DNA of 64,000 nucleotides. It comes from Lophium mytilinum. Lineage: Eukaryota. The first letter of the stretch is position 1. Each line of letters starts with the position of its first letter. Positions 24,341 to 37,938 of this stretch are shown here, in pieces. A model generated the notes under the pieces. It saw only the letters and a program-made list of their open reading frames with translations, was not told where the DNA came from and did not search any database. The stretch spans positions 852,816-916,815 of the forward strand of contig MU004191.1 in the NCBI GenBank assembly GCA_010093605.1, written 5' to 3'. Both the position numbers and the translations under genes were made by a program.

Positions 24341-24955
24341 TTCTTGTTAAAATGTAGCAAGGATGCGTGGACATGAGACTTACAAGGAAAGGGAAAGACA
24401 GTTAGAACACTACTCAGGCCTGTAGGCAGTAAATCTCATCACGCCTAAGAACAAACCTATAGTAGACAAGAACTTGGGTCGAAAAAGAGACCAAGGTCGG
24501 AAAGAATCTAGTAGGTTACCAGAGGGTGACTGAGGGGCAGGGTGTGAAAAGAAAATGCTGTTGAAAGTATCTCCTATTTGGAAAGATCTCGGAGAGCTTG
24601 AGACTATTACGGACGGGTGAATTAAGTAGTGAATAGGACAGCAAAGGCCTAAGGCAGTCGTGAGTGTTTGTTACCGAATCAAAGGACACTAAATTCACCA
24701 CCAGGTTTTGGGCTAGCCACTTCCTCGTACCTGTTTTAGACTCTTAGTATTTGACAAACACACACAACGTTCAAAAGCCTCTTACACAGCTAACGTCAAT
24801 AAAACCACCGCGACATCCGCTCTAAGTGAGCGCACCGTTCCTCGTTCGCACAGTGCCATATCAAAATCTTCTTACGTGTAACGTCGCCAACGTCGATACG
24901 CCACTACTAAAACGCGTCCGACCAAGCGCCTCTCAGCCACTTGCGTCCTTCCAAG

Positions 24956-25867
24956 ATGCCCGCAAGAACAGATATGGTCAAGCAAATGCTGGAAGAAATC
25001 AAAAAAGGCGTAAATTCGCTCAACCGAGCTTGCACTTGCCCAGAATGTAAGCCTGAGGCATACACTGATACCCCGTGCCTCTACCGGCCGAAGCGTAGAA
25101 ACGTTGACAGCGAACCCTTTCCCGCGAGCAATGCGCCCGTCCCATTCCTCTCGGTAAGGTCATTCGACGCGATGCACTTGGCGGAGCAGACGACCCAGTA
25201 CATCGATCGTAAAGGCCCTCAGATGTACACGCGCCAAAGGGATGCCATGCAGCGTTGGCAAGCGCTCGTGGAGGACGGAGACCTAGTGGCACGACTCGCT
25301 AAACCAAACATAAAGCAGTTTGTCGCAATCAAGGAGCTTCAGAAAGCGCTCGCAGTTTTCAATGACCTCTATTTTTTCGGAGCCTTGAAGAATATCAGAA
25401 TCGTTTACGGAAATCGGCTCTCAAAGAGCAATAGAATCCATGGTTTCGGCCACGCATTTACTGCGATGACGGGACAGGCTTCTACAATCGTCATCAACTC
25501 AACTCTGCACTATCGACACGAAGGCTGGGAAGTTTTAGCTACTCTGCTGCATGAAGCTTTGCACTGCTTCCTCGAACAGCTGACTTCCAAAATTTGCGGA
25601 AGGTGCGCGCCTTGCGACTTGAGAGTCGATAACATTGGCCGGAGTGGACATGGCAGATCATTCCAGCTTGTGGCGATGAAGCTTGACGAGGTTGGACCTG
25701 ATCAGCTCGGCTTTGATCTTGACATGGGTAGGATAGAGGGTCTTTACAATGACTTGCAAATAAATAAAAACGGAGAGTGGCCAAGTACCCATGACATGGA
25801 AGTCTGGGAACTGGATGCTTCATCGAAGTCGGAAGAGAACGACGACGTTCGGAGCAAGGCCGAGTAG
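24956..25867 (+). CDS. SprT-like zinc metalloprotease (zincin), paralog B
   Basis: FNDLYFFG, TLLHEALHCFL, GHG, N-terminal CTCPEC; collinear with paralog A along its length. Confidence 0.8.
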   Translation: MPARTDMVKQMLEEIKKGVNSLNRACTCPECKPEAYTDTPCLYRPKRRNVDSEPFPASNAPVPFLSVRSFDAMHLAEQTTQYIDRKGPQMYTRQRDAMQRWQALVEDGDLVARLAKPNIKQFVAIKELQKALAVFNDLYFFGALKNIRIVYGNRLSKSNRIHGFGHAFTAMTGQASTIVINSTLHYRHEGWEVLATLLHEALHCFLEQLTSKICGRCAPCDLRVDNIGRSGHGRSFQLVAMKLDEVGPDQLGFDLDMGRIEGLYNDLQINKNGEWPSTHDMEVWELDASSKSEENDDVRSKAE

Positions 25868-26493
25868 GCTCCACTATCTTCCATAGATAACGCGCTCGTG
25901 CGACGAGACGCGACCATAGCGGGGATAAATGACTTGCAGCACAAGAAAATCGAGTGGCCGATTGCCCATGGCGTGACAAGCCGGGAACGTGCACCTTTGA
26001 TTGGGAAACAGCGTGGGAATATGAAATGCCGTTCAATATAAGACCAAGCTAGCCCACAACCTCAGGACACCCATCAAGCGCAGATTTTTAGTCCAAGTAT
26101 CCTCATCGGTATTACAAGCCCGGATCGCTGCGAACGCGAGCGAGTTTCCAAGCAGCGTGCAATGGACTGGGCTTACTGAAGAATAAGCATTGGAGGTTTG
26201 ATGCGCTATGTCTTGGGCAAAGATCCTCAAATGCACATGTCCAAGCTGCAACCCACAAGTATACAACGACGAGAGCCAGTGCCGGACCCATCGACGGATT
26301 GGCAGTCGAAACAATAGCAAGCTGGAAAGGGTGGTGCCGCTTCTGCTATGATGTCCAGCCAGATTGTTGATGCTTCGCTCTCTCAAATGGGACCTTGATG
26401 CAGGTGCAGCGCTACCAAACGTGCATGATTTTAGAATCCTGTCAACCGCATTGAGAGTTTGGGCTTGAGAGACCTCCCCTCTGTTTCTCTTCT

Positions 26494-27489
26494 TCAGTTC
26501 GGACCTGATTGTATTCCCCATTGTTCAGTCAGCCCTGTCCGTGCTCCCCACGCATTCGCCCCCTCTTCCTGCACTGTTTCCTTTGCGTTGTTGACCACAG
26601 GATCTGGTACTTCTCCCTTGTGTACCTCGTCCCACAACTGTCTCAAAGTCTTTATCTGCGATATCCTCTTAGCACTGCGCTTTAGAAATTTAGTCGGGGT
26701 TCTGTGAAAATTCCCATCGCGTATCGTAACATCGCTCAACCCCACGTGTGGCACTCTCTTCGCCAGGTCTTCCTGCATCATAGAATTTGCGACAGCAAAC
26801 TCCGAATAGAAAGGTTGCCGTTCCACATAATCCTGATATACCGCGCGTGTGCGATCGACATTGACGTGAAACCACCGCACCACCTTAGGCGCAGCGTTCT
26901 CGGGGGCCTGACCATGCTCCGGCGTTTCCTCCATAGCTTCAGACGAATTCTGCACGGGCGAATTCTGGCCGAACTTTCCCTGTCTCTGCGCCGGAATCTG
27001 GTTGAGCAGCAAGCTCGGCCGCGTGATTTCCTCAACCCCGTCCTTCATCGGCGCTTCTTGTATCGTATTCCATTCATCCTCTGGCTTTTCCGGTGATGCC
27101 CACGCCGCTTCTTCTTTCGCCTCGCTCTCGGCTACTGTTTCGAGGGCAAATCGGATCGGGGACGCGTTCAGCGCCTTCTGCGCGGCCTCGGGGTCCCGGT
27201 AGATGGCAAACGCGGAATTGGGAGCTTCAACGGGCCTCTCGTGCTATGAAGGAGGCAATCAAACGTCAGCGCTTGCTTTACGGAGGGGAAAGAAATGTCG
27301 GGAAATCGGGGCTTTGTAGACGGTAGTTATACGCACACGAAGCGTTTTGTAGATGTCAACTTCTCCGAAGCCCTGCAGTACGCGGAGGACCTCGCGGCTT
27401 TCGCCAAGATCCGCGGGGCGAGGGTGGATGTCGAGGTGGACGGACCTCGTGGTGAGGAGGTGGCGTCCGGCCTTGCGTAGGAGGGCCAT
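26494..27489 (-). CDS. Hypothetical protein, possibly mitochondrial with degenerate RRM-like N-terminal domain, 2 exons
   Basis: Basic presequence-like MALLRKAGRHLLTTRSVHL; ESREVLRVLQGFGEV; after a GTGCGT...CTGAC...TAG intron continues HERPVEAPNSAFAIYRDPEAAQKALNASPIRF into ORF 26494-27048. Confidence 0.7.
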
Positions 27490-27950
27490 GGGAGCAGAGC
27501 GGTGTTGCTGGACGTGGAGGTGAGATTGATGTCCGCAATAATTATGCCAAGATTATGGTCACGTGAAATTCTGATCGCCGAGTCCGCGCTCATTGGGACT
27601 GATCAACACACGCTAAGGATGAAGCTTGGAGACGCGGTGGTTTGTATGGAACAGGGCTGATGAGTTTGTAGTTATGTGCATATTTACAATCCATTAATAT
27701 GTGGTATAGATGTCGAGTCCTAAACCCCTGCTGAGCTCTACCCTTTATGGGAGCGTCATCGCTATTCCCTATTGATAACCCCTTCGAGAGACATCCAGGC
27801 CCCTATAAAGCGCCGAAATGAGGGTGACCCAAACTTTTAATTCCCTAGTACCGCCTTGCGAACCCTTACCGTGGTATATGTGACGCGTCCCATGAAGTCA
27901 ACCAAAACCTTGAACGCCTACGCAATGCATCTCGAAATCAGACTTCAACA

Positions 27951-28601
27951 TCACGCCTTAGATGGGAGGCTCTTCCGCGATTTCTTCTTCCGCAGTCGCA
28001 CGCTCTTCGATACGCATGCCTGGCCGCCAAGTCGCTCTCCGGACCGTCTGTACTTTAGTGTGAGGGCGGACGCGCTAGGTCGCCTCGATTCGACTCCAGT
28101 GTCCAGTTCTTCGTCGGAGGACGTCGTTGACAGCCCGTCGCTTGAGCGCGTTCGCGTGCAGATCCGGCATTGCTCGCCCTTGTCCATCATGCGCTCCACC
28201 AGCGACGATATGTCCTTCATATGTGAGGTGTTGCACTGTAGTCGCACGTTGGCCTGCCGCTGTAATCGTATTGCGGCGGGCGATAGTCCATTGTAGGATA
28301 CTTGGGCGTACGAAGGTCGGCGTGAGGAGTACGCCGAGTCCACGTCGCGAGCGTATGGGTCGTTGGTTATGGGTGTGTCGTAGAAGGAGGTTGATTCGTA
28401 ATTGGGATTGTAGCTAGGGTCCACCTCAAGGGTTTGTTGGCTAAATTGCTGTGATAGTTCGCCCATTGTAACGGCAGCGCTTTCTGGTATATATGGTGCT
28501 GGCCATGGCGAAGAAGTTGGCGAGACGTTCATGTAGGCGCGTTCGAGCTCGAGGTCAGAGGGATGCCGCGAGGCGGCCTCAAAGGAGAAGTTCCGGAACA
28601 T
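27951..28601 (-). CDS. Fungal hypothetical protein
   Basis: ATG at 28601 (MFRNFSF...); RLQRQANVRLQC...ISSLVERM...GEQC core, Ser-rich linker, basic C-terminus RLRKKKSRK. Confidence 0.7.
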   Translation of the reverse strand: MFRNFSFEAASRHPSDLELERAYMNVSPTSSPWPAPYIPESAAVTMGELSQQFSQQTLEVDPSYNPNYESTSFYDTPITNDPYARDVDSAYSSRRPSYAQVSYNGLSPAAIRLQRQANVRLQCNTSHMKDISSLVERMMDKGEQCRICTRTRSSDGLSTTSSDEELDTGVESRRPSASALTLKYRRSGERLGGQACVSKSVRLRKKKSRKSLPSKA

Positions 28602-30118
28602 ATCGACAAAGAGGTACCGAGTACTATACGAACAGGTAGAAACGCGGCTGCTCAAAGGTAACAGAGGAGTGCGTATAAGATGTGAAAATGAAGACAGTGA
28701 GGTCGACGTAGCATCAAGCCCGTCAGCCAGATGACAAGACGAGGCTAGGTACTGGGCTCAGCGGGCTTTAAGGCTTTTAGGCTTTCGGTCGGTAGGATTT
28801 CACAGGGCTAGCAATGGGAGCCAGCACGAATATGTGGTAGTCTGAGCACGGGCAGATGCCCGCCGTGACGGTCGATGGAGCGAAACCGGGCCTGCGCGCG
28901 CGCTGCTGAGGCCAGAGACACGGCTGGTGGCGACTTCGGGGGCCTATCACACGCCCACAGCGCAAGTGGCGCCCCGAGAAAGCGCCTTATTCGCCTTCAG
29001 GCACACCCGACGTAGCCTGACCACCCGGTCGGTCGAGGCGGAGCGCTGGCCGTTCGGGACAGCGTGGGCGGCAACCCGTGGGCGTTGCAACCGGAAAGAC
29101 TGCGTTTGGGATGGATGATGGGCGGCTCCGGGGTGCTGCTGGGGTGCTGCTGGGGCAATGCGGAACGCTAAATCAGCACTCTCAGTGACTGTTTTCTCAA
29201 CATCACCGGGCCAAATCATATTGAATTTCTCAGAGAACGTACGCAAGTAGTAGAACGAGCTATCAATCCACTTTTGATGCTATGTCAATATTCTATCGTG
29301 GGCAGAGCGTTGAAGTGTTGCGCACGGCCTAATTCCGCGTTGTCCCACGACTTTCTCCTTGGTCCTTGTGGCAGGCAGGGGCTGCGGCGCTAGAAGCTCC
29401 CAAGGAACACGTCTAGAAAAGATTTTCGGGGGTCCTGCAGGATGCAACCCTGTTGTGGAGAGCCTCCTTGCAACCGGCACCTGCAATCGGAGACGAGCCT
29501 TACCGCTGCCCTCCACTCACCATTTGCCATCCCATCCTCCCCCAACCGCTGCCCGTCATCAACGCCAGCTCAACACCATCGCGTTCTGGACGCGCCACTT
29601 CATGCACTCGTCGGATCTTCCTGCCGGCTGACATGCGGGTTTTCTCGGTGCCTGCACGCCAGATTTGAATCTCGCCAGCGTCCACTGGCAACTACAGACG
29701 GCCTCCAGCCTTGCACCCAGCCTGGAGCTGATCCAACAGCCAGGAGACGACCAAAGAGGTAGGTGTTGGAGTACGCTCATATCCGACCGTGCCTCCAGCT
29801 CTCCCACGAGCCAGTCACTGTCGCCGTCAGCTCTTCCGGTCATCATCTGGCCAGTTTCTCTTTATTTCTTCTTGGCCTGTTCTCTCAGCCGGTAGCAAAC
29901 CGTTCACGTCTCGACGCCTCGCGCTTGTGCAAGCCATGCTGATGTCAGGAAGGTGTGCGACGCCCCTGATGAACGATCGGCCTGTACCGTGCTTCAATTG
30001 AAACACCTACTCAGCATCAGAACTGTGTGAGGCGCCTCAGTCAGCCTTATCTGAAAGTGATCCAACCAGCTGTCTCCTGCAAAGCACAACCCTTATTGCG
30101 CCCGGCCTCCCGGCTGTC

Positions 30119-32222
30119 ATGATAGATATGGCGCTGTGTTCAGCTTGCAGCAGCATTAGTGTGGAAGCACTGACCGAAGACCTCGAAAATCCACCCAGCT
30201 GGTGGGGGTTGTTCAACGGGTTGTCCAAGCCGCGAGGGATGGTCCACCTCCAAAATGCTCTCCAACTCAAACAACCTTGCCCCTTGTGTGCCATCATTAG
30301 AGCTTCGATAGTGCAGTACAACGGAGACGAAAAGTTCCCACGGCGGAAAGGCTCCTCCGCCAGCTCCCAGGAGCAATGGGACGTTGCTGATTTCGAGGCA
30401 CACCTGATCGATGCACCGATCTATTTGCGACCCAAACAGGACTTTCTACGACGGTCATTTCCGGAAGAGAGTGTACCCAGTGCATGGCACCTCAGGGGCT
30501 TCACTGCCTTCGTACCTGTTAAGGGGGATGTTCTGACTGGCGTTGTACGGCTGTTCGCGCAGCCAGGTACAGCAACCCTGTTTCACCGCTCCTATTTTCG
30601 TAGCTGAGATGAATGTAGATAGTGCTGCCGCTCTGAGCTGCGATATCATTGGTAGACCAGCTCTACCATCGTCCAACTGCCCTGAAGCATACACTCTCAT
30701 GCGACGTTGGATTAGAACATGTGTGCAAAATCATGAGGTTTGCAGGGAGACTCTGTCAGGAGCTCTGGTCGATGAGACCGCCCCTCCGGTGCTACCTACC
30801 CGCATCCTCGAGATTGGGCCTGACGACTCTAGGGATCCTCGTCTCATTGAGACCCATGGTTCGACTGGTTACTACGCGGCGTTGTCGCATTGCTGGGGTC
30901 CACCTCATAAACGCCCGATTATGACGACCTCAGAGAACTATGAAGAACGTAAAGCCGGAATACCGTGGAACACGATTCCCAAGGCATACCAGCACGCCAT
31001 CATAGCTGCTCGAGAGATTTCTCTTACCTATATATGGATCGATAGCCTATGCATCGTTCAAAACAATCGCGAAGACTGGTTGAGAGAATCGACTAAGATG
31101 GGGGATGTTTATGAGTCGGCTCGTCTTACGATCGCCGCGTCCCACGCCTCTGATTCCAGCCAAGGCTGCTTCTACGAGCGTCCGGAGCTACCGGAAGCAG
31201 TCGAGCTCTCAATTGCGTACAGAAGCCGAGACGGAGAACTTTCAGGTAGTGTCTTTGCCACAGCCATGCATAGTGACTACGCCGATATCTCACCAGAATT
31301 TGGAGTACTAGCGTCCAGGGCATGGGCAACTCAAGAGTGGCTTCTCTCTCGTCGCATGATCTTCTACACGAGAGGCTGCATAGTATGGTCGTGCAAAGTC
31401 ATAACGCAGAGAGAAACCGGCGGCTCCTTTCACACGACAGCAAGAAACCCGAAATGGAAATTCATCGTAGAGAAATACTCAGCGAGGTTTCTCACGAACG
31501 CCGGCGATCGACTCATTGCTCTGGAAGGCCTGAGGAGAGAGATTCAAAAGAGGACTAAAGACACATACTGGTTTGGCATATGGAAGAATGCAACGCCGGA
31601 CCAGCTCCTGTGGTACTCTGTAGAGCCAGCAGACCGCCTGCTCAGCCCACTGGAGATACCCACCTGGTCTTGGGCATCTACAATGCACGGTGTTCGGTTT
31701 CTCGGCATTAAGAAGGCAAAGAACGTTTGCAAAGGGATCCGATTAGATGACGAGAAGCAAATTCTTACTATCCTTAGCCAATTGAAGGTTGCTAAGATAA
31801 CTCCTTTGGTAGCCACAGATCAATCGCCGTACGACAACACCAATGACCACTTAACGGCAGCACGATACGAGACTTTCCGAGAAGAGTTGCGTTACGAGCA
31901 GACTCCAGGGATGGTAACCGCATTATACACAGAATCGGACGAAATAATCGGGTGGGGTCTAATAGACGAAGGCTGTTCAACAGGATCTGTTCCCGACTTG
32001 TATTGCCTCGCTCTCATGACCAGGAAATCCGATCTAGCCGACCCAGCAGAAACAATTGGAGTCTCAAAGAAAACCGTACATTCTGGCTGGCAGGAAGACT
32101 GGGTCCTCCTCTTGCAGAAGTCACCCATCAGCGATCACGCATACGTGAGGGTTGGAGCTGGTAAAGTTTTCTGGAAGAGCTGGTTTCACGATGAGGCATT
32201 GCAGCAAGTCCGAATTCTTTGA
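30119..32222 (+). CDS. HET-domain protein (TOL-like architecture), 2 exons
   Basis: N-terminal LCSAC...CPLC; WIRTCVQNH, LPTRILEI, YAALSHCWG, YIWIDSLCIVQ, MGDVYESARLTIAA, RAWATQEWLLSRR, DRLIALEGL, PTWSWAS, YVRVG; intron ~30567-30618. Confidence 0.93.
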
Positions 32223-32730
32223 TTGATGAACTCCTGATAGCACCAAACTCTCTTCCACCATCATCAACGATTCCAGTCCTGATCTGGATCTGTTGTTGGG
32301 CATTGTTACCTCGTTCTTGGCACATTCCATAGATATCGCTAGCAAATCCACCTCTATGTACCTGCATGAGAGCATGTTTCAAGACAATCGCAGCCTCTCT
32401 GACGGCAACATGGTTTGTAGTTCTTCGGCCATGGTTTCCCTCTTCGCTTGTCCTGAGTCGTCTTTGTCTTCATACTTAACGACACCTTTTCCGTCGAAAT
32501 CTGCAACGAATCGCCGCATCCGGAGTTCTGAACGAACAAAGCACGACGACAACAAAGGCATGATTTCTTCTGCTCTTAAGCTCTCAAACGCTGAGTTCCA
32601 GCGAAACAACCATCTCCAGTATTCATCGCCAAACTGTCGCTTACGCTCGATCAGCGCCCAACGTCTTCCGTCTACCTCACTGCATTGTTCAATCAACGCA
32701 AAACCGCTCCCAGAACTCTACAGAACCAGT

Positions 32731-34564
32731 ATGGCAGGGTTTATCCGAGAAGGTGTGGCCCGTGTGGCCCAGTATCTCAACCCGGCCGACGAACAATCTG
32801 ACCATGGGGGCCCGTCACGTGCGGCAGGGAGAGACCGTTTGCCCCGCAGAGCGAAAAGACAACCAGCGCCAGAAACGGCAGTACCAGTCGATCGTCCATA
32901 TAAATTATACAGGGTCCAGGAAAGACCCGAAAGGGGCTATATGATCATCCCAGGGACAGATTTTAGAAAGAAGATATCAGCAAGAGCCATTGTGGACGCA
33001 GGAGGTTTGGTCCAAGCTGCAGATAAAATCTGGTTCAAGATGCGAGAAGCTCTTGACAAAGGTAGCAGTATTCCAGGAGCCCCTTTGACATCTGCAACAC
33101 GCCCAAGGGTCTCTGGCACTACCGCGCGGGCTGCTTCTATCACGACTCCACGGAGGGCACAAACCAGCCGTTCAACGCCAACAACAGCAGGCAGAAGACC
33201 TTCCGCTGTCAGAATGATAGTGGCCGATGCCGAAGAAACGACAACTGTCCCACAGGCGGCGGCCGAAAAGCAGCCCAAAGGACCGGAGCCGCCCTATGTG
33301 ACGCACGACGCAGAGATCAGGGACGAGATATGGCTCTTGATGAACTCCATCCAAGTCCTAGCCAAGAAATGGTTCAAAACGGAAACCGGCATCACCAATT
33401 TTGAGACGGCATTCAAAAAGATGTGCAATCAGGCTCCGCCCCAGTATGTATTCCCACCATGTGCACCTCATACGCCGCGCGATTGAGCTGACAGTCTGTA
33501 GGTTTGTGTCATTCGTGGGCCGCATTGCTGCTGGCGGGCCTAACAAGGAGGAGGGCTGGAAAGAGCTATTCCGTGATGATTTGAATAGGCAAGCGCTCGT
33601 GAATGGCCTCATTGGCAATACGCTCGTCGAGCAAGTGTTCGCGCATACGCTGTTTGGGGTGGACGACGAAAAGGAAAGACGCATAATCGATGATATACAG
33701 GACACCCACAAGCACAGCGACGGTGAGTAGCCGTTTGATACAGATATCTTGGAGAAGTACTAACTGACTCCATTTGCAGGCTTTGCACGAACAGAACTAT
33801 ATGCAGAGGCCATCCGCAAACTTTTGCCTGAGAGAGGCGAACTTCCAGGCAATTTCTACGAGCACGCCGTCCACATTTCGCTCCAAATGTTCCTCCTTAT
33901 TCAGCCTATCTTGAGGTTCGCTGGTTACTCAATACTTGGAAAAGGAGCTACCCTGCAGGACCATGAGCTAGAGCTCATCTCGGAGCTTTTCCGAATAGTC
34001 GTCCACGCCGGCCTCCTCAGCATCACTATGCGTCTGGATGGAAGCGCCGTCTATTACTGGGTCCCAACCCTGAAGGACGACCGCTACGATGACGCCACCA
34101 TGGAATGCTTCAATCGCGACGACATGATGCGTCTCAACCCCAAAAGCCCAACGCGCCAAAAGGATATTACAGACTCCGACGAGAGAAATCGTGCGACCGG
34201 GGATGAGGGTCTTGTACGTGTCAACTGTATGAGCGGCTGCACGGTGTACCGCAGAGGTGGCTGGGAGGAGAGAGTGAATGATAATTACAAGGTCGATGAT
34301 CAACGCGCTTGGAAGGTGCCGGAAAACAATGCCAGCAAGGGGATGCGAAGCCGGCAGCTGACGCAGAACTGGGTCTTGTGTCGATGGGGTAGACAGCGGA
34401 AGTGGACCAATGGGGTAAAGTCTGATGTGGCGTTGGCGCATGGATACAAGGACGGTTCCACAACGAAGCCCAAGGAAGCTTTCGGATTCATGGAATTCAT
34501 TGAGGTGGTGAGTAAGTACAAAACTACAGTGGTGGTGGCTTCTGGGTCGGGTTCACGACGCTAA
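32731..34564 (+). CDS. Fungal hypothetical protein, 3 exons
   Basis: ATG 32731; three ORF segments joined by GT-AG introns (~33444-33501, ~33723-33779); disordered N-terminus, then a globular-looking region (EQVFAHTLFG, AGLLSITMR, VLCRWG). Confidence 0.7.
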
Positions 34565-35196
34565 AGGGCGAGTTAAGAGAAGGACCAGGCTTTTGACCGC
34601 AGGGATCAGGCGTACGAACATCAGAACGCCCAATCGTGAGCTGATAGCGAGGGCGACGTTCAAACGGTCAACCAGTGCTGTAACGTTCACGGCAAGTATC
34701 ATAGAAGCTGGAGATATGTTGGGAGAATGATGGATAGAGAGAACGGTGCGTTCGGTTTGAAAAAATGGAATGGCGTGGAGGATATCATCTACAATGACTT
34801 TTCTCATTTCTTTCTCAGCTACTGGTTACTATGTACTCTAGTTTATGATATTGAAAAGATTCTCTTCACCTTGGATGTCTGACATGTAGTTCATGGAAGA
34901 CACTTGGCCGCTGAAACAAGGCGCAACTCTTCTAAATACTTATTTACCAGCTTAACCGCATCAGCCAATAGTTAAACAAATGAAAGCGAGCTCGCAAACT
35001 TTCACTTAAATCGTGTTTGCGATACTACCCTCTTCTTCGAAACCATCACGTGCTCGTGTCCAAGCAGGGGTTAGTCCCGGAACAACCCAGCCCCCGGGCT
35101 CCGACAACGCTCCAACAACCTCCCGTCTCCTCCACACCAGCGGTCGCCAGACACACCAATCGCGCAGATCCGCAACGACGCGCCACCTCGCCCATC

Positions 35197-37462
35197 ATGG
35201 TGTACGACTGGGACGGCAAGGAGGCAGATTGCTACAGGCTGTATGTTGAGGAGAAGAAGAGCCTTGATGAGGTCGTCGAATTTTGGAAGGACAAGGGATT
35301 CGTGCCTAGGTATGTTGCACGTTCGTTGCGCGAAATGGACCGACGTACTTCTCTACGGAGGGCCGGAACGTCGCAACTGGTTTTTATGCAGTTTGCTGAT
35401 TCGGGATATAGTAAGAGAGCATTTCAGACGCAGTTCAAGGTATGTTCTGAAGATGTTTTCTTTCATTCACTCATTTGAATTCCTGTCTCTAGGATGGCTG
35501 AAGTCTTCTGTCCCGGTTCGAGTATTTGATCTCCTATGTCTGCTCGATCAATGCTAATTCAATGCCTGCTTCTAGCGATGGGAATTTCCAAGCAAGCAAA
35601 ACCCCGCGCACAAGAATCCTGACCTCGTTGCCCGCGTCAAAGATCTGTGGGAAAAGAATGTTCGACAGAAGGAGATGTTGGAGATATTGAACAGTGAGGG
35701 GTTCGATCTCAAGGAGCGCGAGCTCATGCGTGTCAGAGCCAAGAACAGATGGCTGTTAAGAGTTGCGACTGGAATGAAGGGTCCGTCCGAGAAAGAAGGC
35801 GAGAGTGAGAAGAACGGAGACGGGAAGAGAGAGAATTCGATCATGAAGCAGCTGGAGGATGCTATCATGGTACGCTCTTCATCAAGCACATTCGTGCTGC
35901 CAACCTTATTAATGATTCAGCAGGAAGAAGACGCAGAGGCGGACAGCTCAGAAGAGGACGTCGCTGGTGACGCCGGAAACACGACCAACATAGATCCCGA
36001 GGTTGCTCGTCGGAAACAAGAGCGTCTCCAAAGACTACAGGTGGAGAGCGATGAGCGCTGGCGAACTCGGAAACGTCGCAGGCGAACGAGGGGGTGGGCT
36101 GGCCTGCCTGCAGACCCCGCTGGCCCTCCTAGATTTCCGTCCGAGACTACCATCGACGAGAGCAAAGCGTACCTGAATCTCGACAACAATCAGTATCGTC
36201 AAGTTAGAGAGCGATTCCAAATGATCTGCGAAGAAGAAAAGGTGTACAAGAAGACTATCGCTGGTCCTGACAAATGGAACGAAGTTAAGGACCGACTAAT
36301 CAGAGAGAACGCACACCTACATAACGTATTCTTCAACGACCCTTCAATTCAGCAGCACGACGGCCAGTCGGCAAAGCAGAACCAGAAATCACTCTCACTT
36401 GACGTCATCTGTACGGATGTCACCAAGAGGATGCGAACGTTGGAGCGGCGCATGACTATCGCCGACGCCAAGAACGGCCTGGGACTCAACCCAGAAGAGA
36501 GCCGCCTGGTCCGTCAAGCTTTCTACGCCAAGTTGAGGGGAGCCCATATCAGCAGTAAGCTCGAAGTAGGCGATGATCAATGGAAAGACCTCAAGGCAGA
36601 ATGGATTGCAGAATCGGACTTACTGCAACGTGCCCTAGTCCTGGGAGAACAAGATCCGCAGCATGAGTTCAAAATCAGAGCCACAGAAACGCTGGCGCGA
36701 GACGTTATGAAACGACTTCGGGATGATATGAATAAGATCGACCCAAGCCGAAAGAGACAGCACAACACTGGGCCTGGACCAGGTCCTGCTAAACCGTCGA
36801 TGACTGCGCATACCATCGCCCAAACATATGCCGCAACAGGAACTCGTCCAAACCTTCTAGGCGACCGACCCGGCAAGCCCACCCGGAATCAAACCCAAAG
36901 CAGTCGCACATATGCAACTCGAGGCGCCCACGCGGGCCGCAGCCAGCGTCTAGATATCGACCAAGCAATTGCCTCGCCGCCGGACTCAGAGTTCCAGATC
37001 GATCCTTCCCTGCTCCTTGCTGCGAACGACCAGTCTGCGATGCAAAATCACCACCACGACAACAATATCAATCCGTACGGCGGATCTTCGTTTGCTGACG
37101 CCTCCTATTCACAGCACTCATCATTCGCCTCTCCCATCCCTGTGTACTTCCGTCTCCACCAACATTCCACTACACCGCTGCCCAACAAGACGCTCTGGCT
37201 TAGTGTACTGCAGCTTGGAACGGTAGACGAAATCAAGATGTTGGCAACGCGTGAGCATCCTGGAACTAGTGTCCTACGTATTGAGGGCTTAGTGTCGCAC
37301 CGGACGCCAGGAAGTATGGCAGGCAACCATGAGAGGGAGATTTTTTATGCAATCGATGATGAAGCGGAGCTTGGAGGCTATCTGGCGCATGTGGCAGGCG
37401 GGAAGGTCACGTTTGTCGTGCAGCTGGCTGCTGATGGCGGAAATGGGTTTGACAGGATGTAG
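35197..37462 (+). CDS. Clr5-domain protein, multi-exon
   Basis: Spliced N-terminus MVYDWDGKEADCYRLYVEEKKSLDEVVEFWKDKGFVPSKRAFQTQFKRWEFPSKQ is a Clr5-type domain; continues into ORF 35675-37462. Confidence 0.85.
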
Positions 37463-37938
37463 ACAGGCGGGAAGAGCTGGCAGATCTCTCTTCCCTTTGG
37501 TGCAGTACTTATTCATGGGCTCACTCTCTCAGTTCCGTCACTCCTATTTATAGTATAGTCTGGGCACATGATATCCATTTTTCAGTATTGAGAAAGTTAG
37601 GTACTAAAGCATTTATAACTTAAGCTCCCATATCGATCGCTATCAAAAGTAGCTCAACTCGCAGTTACCTGCAGCTACCTATGCAGTCAGGAGGCAGCTT
37701 AGTTTTCATATCACTACCTCTAACATCCTATTCCGATTTTTGGAAGCCTATTAGGGTACTCCCATCAGTGAGAAGCCAATATGCCTGGACCTTTGACAAG
37801 ACACTATAATACAACATCTTGAAAGTGATGCTATCTCCGGCTTGACAAAGGACTATCACATCATGCTCCGTGCGAAGGTCTACATATTCCTATAAATGCG
37901 ACCGGAAGAGCTTCTACAAGTCGCGAAGTAAGATAATA

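Noticed and set aside
32293..32730. 146-aa N-terminal extension of ORF 32293-33486
   Set aside because: Begins at a non-ATG codon 70 nt after the HET stop and looks like UTR/promoter sequence; ATG 32731 is preferred.
35305..35580. Possible second [D1,2] stwintron in the Clr5-domain gene (AG|intron|TAAGA rebuilds GTAAGA)
   Set aside because: Using it would skip the SKRAFQTQFK exon of the domain and shift the frame; the coding sequence explains the motif.
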